Made by a program: the position numbers and the translations under genes. The notes beneath the pieces are model-generated. The model saw nothing but the letters and a program-made list of their open reading frames with translations. It was not told the DNA's origin and did not search any database. From the NCBI GenBank assembly GCA_023150835.1, contig JAKLKB010000040.1, forward strand, positions 1-45,792: a stretch of DNA of 45,792 nucleotides. The letters are read 5' to 3'. Positions 37,633-45,792 of the stretch are shown in pieces. Positions within the stretch are counted from its first letter, which is position 1; the number at the start of each line of letters is the position of its first letter. Source of the stretch: Myxococcota bacterium (GTDB lineage: Bacteria > Myxococcota_C > UBA6777).

Positions 37633-40530
37633 ATGTCCTTACGAATCTTGCTGACAGGCCGCAGTGATCGCCATACTCGCCCCTCAAATCAAGATCGCCT
37701 CTACCCTTCGGAGGACAAACTACCCGCGAGCCTCGATCTGCCTCAATGCCTTGCAGTGGCCGATGGGATGGGTGGCACAGACAACGGAGAATTTGCGGCA
37801 CAGATCGCCGTTCAAGACCTACCGCACTTGATGCACCCGTCGCGTTGGTCGGTACTTCACGCAGGACCGAAACATCCGCCACCCCAAGAAAACAATCTCT
37901 CGCCCGAACAATCCATTGAGGCGTATTTTCGCTACATCAACCAGCGCATTATTCAAAGTGCCGGTGGTTCGGGTCAATCCGGGACGACGTTGTCATTGAT
38001 CTATCTTGACAACGAGCATTTTTGGCTGGGCCATATCGGGGACAGTCGTGTGTATCTGTATCGCCAAAACACACTTACGCGGCTGACGCGAGACGATCAT
38101 GCGCTGGACTACTTCAAAGAAAAAGGCGCGATCACGCTCAACCCTGCGGATCTTGACCTAAACGAAGCCGATCGCCGCTATCTTGAAGAACAAAAACTGC
38201 ACCATCACACACTGCTGTTTTTACCCGATGCTCCGCCCTCACAGCCGTTGGACAACACCGCCATCCTCTCGTTGCTGCGTGATCAAGTCAAACACCTGCA
38301 CCAGATCGGAAAACTCAGCCCGATCGAAGAACTCCAAGATCGCCTGATGCGCGCCCTTGGCTCCGACAAAGCCTTTCAAGAACGCCCGATCCTGCAACCC
38401 GCTATCGAGCAGATCCAAGCCCTGCCTCGCCCAAGCGATCTGTTTTTGCTTTGCACAGACGGTCTTTGGAATCACCTCACCGATCAAGCGATCGCCGAGC
38501 GTTTCCGACAGCTTTTGCGCCGCAGCAAAACCGCCCACCTCGATCCCGCCCTATTGACGTGGTGTTGCGATCAATTAATCGAAGACGCCATCCAAGCAGG
38601 TTCCGACGACAACATCACCGTTTTGCTTGGGCAGATCCTGCCTTCTCGCACCGCTCCGCACACCCTTTCGAGCGAAAATTACCCCAAAGACCTCAAAAAG
38701 ATCCTCGCCTCCGCTCATCTTGCAGACCAAGAACCCGAGGATCTTTTTCAACAACCCACCCGACTCGATCCGCTCCTTCTCGAAGAAGCTCCCGACGATC
38801 TGTTTGCACAATCCACCTCTTTCCAAACCAAACCCGCACAGATCGGCGACTTTACCGCACCTCCCACAATCACCGCTGCGCCCTATTCTGCCCCGCCTCC
38901 AACAACCACGCCCCTCCCAACCGATGCACCCAAACCAACACCTTCTCGCCTCTCTCCCATCCCCTCCACAAGCCCGACAGGTTCTTCGGCCCAAATCACC
39001 GAACCCTTCCGCGCAACCTCTTCACAACCCACACCTTCAAAAAACACACAACCCAAAACCCCCATCGTCCACACCATCGACGATATCGAAGCCCTCCCAA
39101 GCCAACCCACCAAACTTCCCCCCCCTCAAAACGCCTTGCGCGCCTCTTTTTCCCTTCCCTCCGAAACCAAGCCCCCCCAACCCTCCGAAACCTCGTTCAG
39201 GCCCAAAACGCCCCAACCCTCGGCCTCTCCGAACGAAACCAAAACGCCCCAACCCTCGGCCTCTCCGAACGAAACCAAAACGCCCCAACCCTCGGCCTCT
39301 CCGAACGAAACCAAAACGCCCCAACCCTCGGCCTCTCCTGCTCCCCACAAAGCATCCACCCCAACCACGAACCAAACGGCCCCACAAGACCCATTCCACG
39401 ACTCTTTCGCCAAAACCGTCCAAGATCAGCCTGTGGCTCCCCTCGATCCCTCGGTACTTTTGGCGGCTTCACCTGCGCCCGCTCACGCCCCCACAGGAAC
39501 CCGCTTTTCTGCCCCCATCCCTTCTGCCCCAGAACGCCACACGCCCACAAAGCCCCATCCGATCACACAACAAGAACGCTTCCTCTGGATCGGCATCTCC
39601 AGCACGCTGTTTTTGCTTTGTTTGTTTGCATGGCTCGGCTCTCCTCCATCTCCCGCCGTCCCCACCCACCCGCGCACCAACGCCACCCCACGACGCCCCA
39701 TGCCTTCGCCCCTTCCTTCCGCTGCGATCGCCCCCACACCACCGCCCACACCACCCGCGCCATCACCTTCGACCACCACGCCCACACCTCCGCACGCACC
39801 CGCCAACACTCCCAAGCCGCCCTCACCACCGCCCGCACCGACAGGCCCGTGGCTTTGGCTCCCAAGCCAACTCCCCAAACCTCTCGATTCTTCCTTCCTT
39901 CAAACGCGCCTGCGCATCCTCCAACAGATCCACCTCCTCCACCAAGATCTCGCTCTGCAATGGGGGCTTCCTCCTGAAACACTTCGCCGCCTACGCCGAA
40001 CCCTCCATCAACAAGCCCTCAGCACCCAAGTCATCCATCAATACAGCCTCCAACCGATCACATCCACCCAAAAACAAGCCGTCGATCTCGCCCTACAGAC
40101 CGCATTAATCGCCACCCTTGAAGCACTCGCTCCCACCTACACCCAAAAGCTCGACATGATGCGCTCTCCCCCCGAACTCCCCCAAGGCGCTCCGTTATTA
40201 CCCTTCCCTTCGGCCAAACGAAAAAGCGCCCGCCAAGACTTGATCCAGCGTTGGCTGCAACGCGCCCAACAGATCGGCTGGAACCTGTGGCAACTCGAAC
40301 TACTCGCCGAACAGATCCTCGATTTTCCCTATCCATCCAACGCCACTCTGCGCAAAGGGCCGTGGATCCCATCCGATCTCGACGCCATCCGACGCACCAG
40401 CACCCGACTCCAACGCGCCATCCAACTCATCCAAAAAGAAGACCCCAAACACGCCTTGCTACCCGATCTCCAAAACCGCCTCCAGATCCAACAAGCGTGG
40501 CTCAACGAAACCATCAAAGAAAAACCTTAA
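37633..40530 (+). CDS. PP2C/PPM Ser/Thr phosphatase with Pro-rich linker, one TM helix and extracytoplasmic C-domain
   Basis: RPSNQD, AVADGMGG, GTTL, HIGDSRVY, LLCTDGL, GSDDNIT; TM FLWIGISSTLFLLCLFAWL; GAGAGGAG RBS. Confidence 0.9.
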   Translation: MSLRILLTGRSDRHTRPSNQDRLYPSEDKLPASLDLPQCLAVADGMGGTDNGEFAAQIAVQDLPHLMHPSRWSVLHAGPKHPPPQENNLSPEQSIEAYFRYINQRIIQSAGGSGQSGTTLSLIYLDNEHFWLGHIGDSRVYLYRQNTLTRLTRDDHALDYFKEKGAITLNPADLDLNEADRRYLEEQKLHHHTLLFLPDAPPSQPLDNTAILSLLRDQVKHLHQIGKLSPIEELQDRLMRALGSDKAFQERPILQPAIEQIQALPRPSDLFLLCTDGLWNHLTDQAIAERFRQLLRRSKTAHLDPALLTWCCDQLIEDAIQAGSDDNITVLLGQILPSRTAPHTLSSENYPKDLKKILASAHLADQEPEDLFQQPTRLDPLLLEEAPDDLFAQSTSFQTKPAQIGDFTAPPTITAAPYSAPPPTTTPLPTDAPKPTPSRLSPIPSTSPTGSSAQITEPFRATSSQPTPSKNTQPKTPIVHTIDDIEALPSQPTKLPPPQNALRASFSLPSETKPPQPSETSFRPKTPQPSASPNETKTPQPSASPNETKTPQPSASPNETKTPQPSASPAPHKASTPTTNQTAPQDPFHDSFAKTVQDQPVAPLDPSVLLAASPAPAHAPTGTRFSAPIPSAPERHTPTKPHPITQQERFLWIGISSTLFLLCLFAWLGSPPSPAVPTHPRTNATPRRPMPSPLPSAAIAPTPPPTPPAPSPSTTTPTPPHAPANTPKPPSPPPAPTGPWLWLPSQLPKPLDSSFLQTRLRILQQIHLLHQDLALQWGLPPETLRRLRRTLHQQALSTQVIHQYSLQPITSTQKQAVDLALQTALIATLEALAPTYTQKLDMMRSPPELPQGAPLLPFPSAKRKSARQDLIQRWLQRAQQIGWNLWQLELLAEQILDFPYPSNATLRKGPWIPSDLDAIRRTSTRLQRAIQLIQKEDPKHALLPDLQNRLQIQQAWLNETIKEKP
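39203..39338 (+). repeat. 36-bp perfect tandem repeat (KTPQPSASPNET) x3.8
   Basis: CCAAAACGCCCCAACCCTCGGCCTCTCCGAACGAAA at 39203, 39239, 39275, partial 39311. Confidence 0.95.
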
Positions 40531-40532
40531 CC

Positions 40533-41513
40533 ATGCCCACACACACCACCCTTCGGCCCTGTTTTGGCCGCTGCACCTTGTCTGTGTTGTTTGTGTTCCT
40601 TGCTGTTTTTTCGACGACACTTTCGGCCCACCCACCGAACGATCCAACGCTCCAACTACGACTCCAAAAAGAGAAGCACTTGTTGCAACGCTGCGGCAAA
40701 CTTTGCAAAGGCCGCCTTGATCGCCTCCCCAAGCAACAACTTGATGCGCTCTTGCGCTGGAGCCAAACACACCTCGACTTCCACCAACGCCTCCGCCTCT
40801 TGAGCAAAAGCCTGCTCGGCGCTCCTTATCGCTACGGCCCCCTCGGTGAAGGCCCCACAGGCCGTTATGATCGCGATCCGATCTATCGCCGCGATCGCTT
40901 TGATTGCGTGACCTACCTCGAAACCGTCATGGCCTACGCGATGGCGCACAACGAAGCCCAATCCATCCCGATCCTTCAACAGATCCGCTACAAAAACGGC
41001 ACGATCGACTTCGCCCACCGCAACCACTTTACTTTCCCGCAATGGCTCGTCGAAAACCACAAACGCGGTCTGATCTTTCCTGCCACCGATCCCCTCGGCC
41101 ACCCGTACCTTCAAAGCTACCACCAAGCCATCCCCCCTTCGCTCTGGGAGGGCACCCGCTGGAAACAGCGCATCCCCTTCTCCATGCTCCCCAAAAGCTA
41201 CACCGTCCGATACGTTCCACTCGAAGATATCCCCAAGATCGCCCATAAACTCCCTTGGTTCGGCTGGATGGGCGAAGTCTTTGATCTTCCCCATCACGCC
41301 TCGACCATCGCTCACGTCGGTTTCTTTGTCCGCGAATCCCCAAACCATCTGTATTTCCGACACGCCAACGCTGGACCTCGTGGTGTCCGCCAAGATCTCT
41401 TGCTCCCCTACGCCAAAGCACGCTTGCGCAACCGCCCCAAACATCCACATCCCAAGCGCATCCTCGGCTTTATCTTCGCCACCTTCCCACAACATCCACC
41501 CTCCCTTCGCTGA
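40533..41513 (+). CDS. Secreted DUF1460/AmiA-like NlpC/P60-fold N-acetylmuramoyl-L-alanine amidase
   Basis: Signal peptide; LLGAPY..GPLGEG, FDCVTYLETVMA (catalytic Cys), IRYKNG, RNHF, HVGF, RHA. Confidence 0.85.
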   Translation: MPTHTTLRPCFGRCTLSVLFVFLAVFSTTLSAHPPNDPTLQLRLQKEKHLLQRCGKLCKGRLDRLPKQQLDALLRWSQTHLDFHQRLRLLSKSLLGAPYRYGPLGEGPTGRYDRDPIYRRDRFDCVTYLETVMAYAMAHNEAQSIPILQQIRYKNGTIDFAHRNHFTFPQWLVENHKRGLIFPATDPLGHPYLQSYHQAIPPSLWEGTRWKQRIPFSMLPKSYTVRYVPLEDIPKIAHKLPWFGWMGEVFDLPHHASTIAHVGFFVRESPNHLYFRHANAGPRGVRQDLLLPYAKARLRNRPKHPHPKRILGFIFATFPQHPPSLR

Positions 41514-41709
41514 AAACACCGCGTTTTTCGTCCACTTCTTCACTCCCCTGTACTTGACCGAATCTTTTCGCTACGTTGAAACGTCTCTGCAACCGAAGTC
41601 GGGATCGCTCGGTTTTCCAAAACCAAAGCATGGACCGCTCTCTTTATACGGTATCCGAGAAATGTGTAATCGAAACGTCGAGACGAGTTGCGATGCCAGC
41701 CCTGTTCTT

Positions 41710-41751
41710 GGGCTGCCACAAGGAGCTGCCCCTACGCCTTTACGATCACAC
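41710..41751 (-). repeat. GTAG-type REP hairpin
   Basis: GGGCTGCCACAAGGAGCTGCCCCTAC + GCCTTTACGATCACAC, same layout as 17120. Confidence 0.65.
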
Positions 41752-41792
41752 AGTGAGCGGATATCGCATGAATTGCTTAAAGGAACGCGCCC

Positions 41793-44309
41793 TTGAATCA
41801 GGACAGATACCATCACCCTCTTGATACGCACTTGCTCCTGCTGCGCTTTCCCGATGAAGCCCGCCAAGAACTCGCAGCACTCGAATCCCCTCCACCCAAA
41901 CGCACCGCCCGATGGCCCCGTCGCCTCGCTGTCTTGAGCGTCACCGCTTTCCTGCTGGCCCTCATTCTCGTCCTTGAGATCGACACCGCCCAACAACGCT
42001 GGTCTCACCAAGCCCTCCAATCCGGCCTCCATACCATCGCTCTTTGGAAAGAACGCATCCGCTCTCTCCCTCCCCCACAAACACGGCCCCAATACAGCCT
42101 CGAACAAAATCTGCTTGGCCTTCAACAACTCAACTCCCTTCACCTCCAACTTTGCGCCCCCACCCCCACAGCCTCCCTACCATCCGCCCCCCACAGCGCT
42201 CCCACAACTTCACTCCCTACACGAAATCCTTCCTCCCCATCTCTTTCCGACACCCACACCCAGCGCCCCCACATCCTCAGCGGCCAAGGGCTTCCCGCAT
42301 GGCTCCAACAACGCCTTCCTACTCGTCTGATCGCCCCGATCGCCGCCACACCACGCTACCTCCCCTCCCTCCTCAAGCACTCATGGCGACACTGGCGACT
42401 CTCCGCACCTCCCCCAACCCTAACCCGCCTCCAATGGTGCCAACAAGAATTCCCCGCCCAACAAAAACAACTCGAACAACACATCTCCCTCGCCCAACAA
42501 ACCCTCCTTCAAAAAGCCAAACACGCCCTCCAAGACTACGCATGGTGTCAACAGATCTGGGCGCGAACTTATTACACACGCCCCCACCGCGCAGCCCTCG
42601 ATCAACTCCATCGTTCGGACTGTCTCGAACGATGCCAAGATCCACAAGATGACCTCTGCACCACCTGCCTTCGCAGCCTCTCCATCCCCTCCCCTTCGCC
42701 CTCTTCAACCACGCCACAGCCTCCAACCACGCCACAGCCTCCAACCTCACCAGCCTCCCCTTCACCCGAAACTCCAACCTCCCCTTCGCCCGAAACTCCG
42801 ACCTCCCCTTCGCCCGCATCCTCGATCCACCAGCCCCCCACATGGCCCCGTTACCTCCGCCTTCTCCAAAAAGCCCAAAAACACCAGTGCATCCAAGCCA
42901 ACGGAAAAAGCGCACAAGACGGCGTCTTCCATCTCGGTTGGTATTATCTCCACATCAAACAAGTCCTCGATGCGATCGACAAAATGGAACGATGGGGGCG
43001 CTGTGATCCGCACTGCCAAACCACCCGCACCCAATGGGGATTCCGACTCCAACTGACCACATCTCCCCGCCCCGCCCAAGTCTATCTCCAACTTTGGCCG
43101 CAACGCACCACCGCACCACCTCCCCTTCAAACCCTGCTCGATCAACCACAAGCCACCACCAACACCGTCCCTCTCTGGCTCCCCGCCATCCGCTTTGATC
43201 TGCTTGGCCCCCAAAAACCCGATGCCTTCTACTTTATGCGCCTCTTTGATCCACAAACCACCCAACAATCCGCCCTTCTTGTGGCTCCCACACCCAACAC
43301 CCTCGTCCAACACACCCTCCCCCTTCTCCCCCTTCAACTCCACAACGATGGCCGCCAGATCGTCCGCTTCCCCTCGATCTCTCCCGACGGACACTTCCTC
43401 TCCTTCGCCACCTTCCGCCAACTCCCGGGCGAACCCGCGATCCTCTTTCCTTCACCGCTTTGCCCGCAACGCGCTCCCTCCAAACAAACCACCCCTTGGC
43501 ATAGCGTCCTCAGTCTCTACCGACTCTCCAAACAAGGCGTCCCCACCGATCAGGCCCAACACAAGGCCACCATCGGCCATATTCATCATCTCCAAATCAC
43601 CCAAAGCGAACGGCATTACGCCCTCCGACTCACCACACACGGCAATCTCGGCAAAGAACCCAACCCCATCGATCCACAACGGCCTTATGCCCTCTGGGAG
43701 ATCCCTCTTGAGATCGAACAATCTCAGCCTTTCGGCGCACCCACCCGCGCCACCGCTGGACAACCCCACCCCTTCTTTTCTCTGACCAACGAAGGCGATG
43801 CTCTGCTCGCCCTCCGTCTTGGCTGCACCACTCCCCCCCAACAGATCCAACTCGAACAACAACCCCGCCCCCGATGGAGCGGCCCACAGCCACTCCCCGA
43901 AAACAAACTCCTCCTTCACGGCGCTTGGTACAAACCCCAACGCCTCGCTCTCCTCCTCCAAGATCAACAAGCCCCGCACGCCACTTCCCTTTGGCTCCCC
44001 CTCCTTCAAGGCGACGGAACCACCGACACTCCACCCTCCATCACTCTCCCACACGCCTTTACCCAAATCACTGCCGCTCCACATGGACTCTTCCTTTCGG
44101 GTGGACCTTGGGGAACGCCCCTCCAACAGATCCATTGGACACAACAGCAAACCACCACTCTTCTCCCTTCCCATCCCAACGCCCGCTACCTCGACCCGAT
44201 CCTCCACCCCCAAAGCCAACGCCTCTTTGTGATCCAACAATGGAAACTCCCCCTACCCCAACGCTTTGCCTACCTCTTCTTCTCTCTCCCCCTCCAAAAA
44301 ACACCATGA
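41793..44309 (+). CDS. Membrane-anchored hypothetical protein, possible C-terminal TolB-like beta-propeller
   Basis: TM LAVLSVTAFLLALILVL; Pro/Ser/Thr linkers; PD40-like FPSISPDGHFLSF; TTG start uncertain. Confidence 0.6.
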   Translation: MNQDRYHHPLDTHLLLLRFPDEARQELAALESPPPKRTARWPRRLAVLSVTAFLLALILVLEIDTAQQRWSHQALQSGLHTIALWKERIRSLPPPQTRPQYSLEQNLLGLQQLNSLHLQLCAPTPTASLPSAPHSAPTTSLPTRNPSSPSLSDTHTQRPHILSGQGLPAWLQQRLPTRLIAPIAATPRYLPSLLKHSWRHWRLSAPPPTLTRLQWCQQEFPAQQKQLEQHISLAQQTLLQKAKHALQDYAWCQQIWARTYYTRPHRAALDQLHRSDCLERCQDPQDDLCTTCLRSLSIPSPSPSSTTPQPPTTPQPPTSPASPSPETPTSPSPETPTSPSPASSIHQPPTWPRYLRLLQKAQKHQCIQANGKSAQDGVFHLGWYYLHIKQVLDAIDKMERWGRCDPHCQTTRTQWGFRLQLTTSPRPAQVYLQLWPQRTTAPPPLQTLLDQPQATTNTVPLWLPAIRFDLLGPQKPDAFYFMRLFDPQTTQQSALLVAPTPNTLVQHTLPLLPLQLHNDGRQIVRFPSISPDGHFLSFATFRQLPGEPAILFPSPLCPQRAPSKQTTPWHSVLSLYRLSKQGVPTDQAQHKATIGHIHHLQITQSERHYALRLTTHGNLGKEPNPIDPQRPYALWEIPLEIEQSQPFGAPTRATAGQPHPFFSLTNEGDALLALRLGCTTPPQQIQLEQQPRPRWSGPQPLPENKLLLHGAWYKPQRLALLLQDQQAPHATSLWLPLLQGDGTTDTPPSITLPHAFTQITAAPHGLFLSGGPWGTPLQQIHWTQQQTTTLLPSHPNARYLDPILHPQSQRLFVIQQWKLPLPQRFAYLFFSLPLQKTP

Positions 44310-44764
44310 CACACGCTTTCTTCCTCCTCTCAACCGCGTTTCTTGCTCTCCGTCTCTTCGGTTGCACGCCCTCCCCGATCACCGAAAGCAACCCCCACAA
44401 CGAAAACGACGCCCACAACGACGCTTCTTCCAACACAGAAACACCCTCCTCCGATCTCCCCGATCGCAACCCCCTCCCCGATCGCAAATCCCCCAAAGTC
44501 GGCACATTCTGTCAATCAAACGCCGACTGCTTCTCCGGCTTCTCTTGCGAAACCCAAGTCCCCAACGGCTACTGCACCAAGTTTTGCAACCACACCCGCG
44601 AATGCCCCCTTGATAGTGCGTGCGCACGCATCACCTTTGAGGGTGGATTTCAACTTCAACGCTGCATCAGCACATGCCGCGACGAACGCGACTGCCGACA
44701 AGGCTTCCTTTGTTATCTTCCCCCTTCGTCTTGGGATCAGATCTGTATACCTCCAACACCCTAG
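44306..44764 (+). CDS. Cys-rich lipoprotein
   Basis: MTHAFFLLSTAFLALRLFGC lipobox; CQSNADC, PNGYCTKFC, CRDERDCRQGFLC; ATGA overlap. Confidence 0.8.
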   Translation: MTHAFFLLSTAFLALRLFGCTPSPITESNPHNENDAHNDASSNTETPSSDLPDRNPLPDRKSPKVGTFCQSNADCFSGFSCETQVPNGYCTKFCNHTRECPLDSACARITFEGGFQLQRCISTCRDERDCRQGFLCYLPPSSWDQICIPPTP

Positions 44765-44839
44765 AACAGCCGAAGAATTGGCTGTGAAAAAAAGAAAAAA
44801 GTTTCTTCTTCTCGACAAATGCGCTACTTTGCCCACACG

Positions 44840-44868
44840 TTGACAGCGCGAGGAAAGTACGCTATCAC
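44840..44868 (+). promoter_or_regulatory. Putative sigma70 promoter of the Pkn kinase gene
   Basis: TTGACA-17 nt-TATCAC, 38 nt upstream of ATG. Confidence 0.5.
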
Positions 44869-44906
44869 ATGGACGCAGTGATCACTAACGTCAGCGAGAA
44901 AACAGA

Positions 44907-45792
44907 ATGGCTGAGCAAGTTGGCAAATACTTACTCCTGAAAAAGCTCGCAACCGGCGGGATGGCCGAAATCCATCTCGCCGAGCAAAGCGGCCCCGGCG
45001 GCTTCAAAAAGCAGCTTGTTATCAAGCGGATCCTCCCGCACCTCCTCGGTGACGAGAAGTTCCTCCAAATGTTCCAAGACGAAGCGCGTGTCGCTGCCGT
45101 CATGAACCATCCCAACATCGTTCAAATCTTTGAGCTTGGACAACACGACGACAACTACTTCATCGCCATGGAGTACGTCAACGGCTTCAACCTCCGCTCT
45201 GTGATCCAGACCTGTAGCGAAAACGGCCTCTGGCTCGCCCCCGAATACATCGCCAAGATCGCTTCACAGATCTGCGAAGGTCTCGAATATGCCCACAGCT
45301 TCTGCGATTCCGACGGCCATCACCTCAACTTGATCCACCGCGATGTCTCCCCCCAAAACATCATCCTCTCCTTCCAAGGCATCATCAAGATCGTCGACTT
45401 CGGGATCGCCAAAGCCCAATCCACCCAAGAAACCCAAGCAGGCACCATCAAAGGCAAGCTCGCCTACATGTCTCCCGAACAAGTCAAGGGCCTCGTCCTC
45501 GACCGACGCAGCGATATCTTTTCCCTTGGCATCGTCATGTACGAACTCGCCACCTACAACCGACCCTTCCACGGAAAATCCGATATCGATATGCTCCGTG
45601 CGATCCTCAACGCCGGACCCGTCCCCATCCAACAATACCGACCTGACTTCCCCGAAGAGTTCTCCGCCATCGTCAACCGCGCTCTCGCCAAAAACCGCGA
45701 TGAACGCTATCAATCCGCCCGCGAACTCCAATGGGATATCGAACGCTTTATCCAAAATTGGCGCAAACCCATCGGCCCTTTCCAACTCCAAG
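44907..45792 (+). CDS. Myxobacterial-type (Pkn) Ser/Thr protein kinase, 3' end outside window
   Basis: Hand translation MAEQVGKYLLLKKLATGGMAEI..VIKRILP..IHRDVSPQN..DFGIAK..KGKLAYMSPEQ..DIFSLG; absent from ORF track as no stop in window. Confidence 0.95.
   Translation, partial: MAEQVGKYLLLKKLATGGMAEIHLAEQSGPGGFKKQLVIKRILPHLLGDEKFLQMFQDEARVAAVMNHPNIVQIFELGQHDDNYFIAMEYVNGFNLRSVIQTCSENGLWLAPEYIAKIASQICEGLEYAHSFCDSDGHHLNLIHRDVSPQNIILSFQGIIKIVDFGIAKAQSTQETQAGTIKGKLAYMSPEQVKGLVLDRRSDIFSLGIVMYELATYNRPFHGKSDIDMLRAILNAGPVPIQQYRPDFPEEFSAIVNRALAKNRDERYQSARELQWDIERFIQNWRKPIGPFQLQ

Noticed and set aside
38451-40108. Two ~500-aa alternative-frame ORFs inside the PP2C gene
   Set aside because: Low-complexity products of a C/A-rich, stop-poor region; no RBS or motifs
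45264-45791. 175-aa minus-strand ORF
   Set aside because: Antisense to the clearly recognisable Pkn kinase

Overview
Bacterial window, most likely Myxococcota (myxobacterial-type Pkn kinase, Cys-rich lipoproteins, many Pro-rich proteins). From left to right: a complete Na+-NQR operon (nqrABCDEF-apbE-nqrM; NqrC carries an unusual ~105-aa PAPIRPM repeat tail), an AraC regulator, a 1.2-kaa HEAT-repeat lipoprotein, a small protein + nucleotidyltransferase pair, an SDR, a phytoene-desaturase-like oxidoreductase, a modABC transporter, a Cys-repeat/FGE-sulfatase lipoprotein, a fusion of an apparently inactive CHAT (caspase-like) domain to a ClpA/C-type unfoldase, a decayed ABC-ATPase and an NAD kinase. 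The right 17.6 kb is a co-oriented cluster: 1877-aa protein with FHA-like segments and a Thr-repeat array, atypical Ser/Thr kinase, (truncated PIN toxin + orphan partner), membrane PP2C phosphatase, DUF1460-type peptidoglycan amidase, membrane protein, Cys-rich lipoprotein and a canonical Pkn kinase (truncated by window end). Intergenic regions hold several dispersed repeat families (a ~130-bp structured element in 3 copies, GTAG-type REPs, a 22-bp inverted-repeat-bounded segment). Best candidates for a novel system: the pseudo-CHAT-Clp unfoldase and the FHA-like/kinase/phosphatase/amidase cluster. All calls are from motif recognition by eye; no database searches were run.
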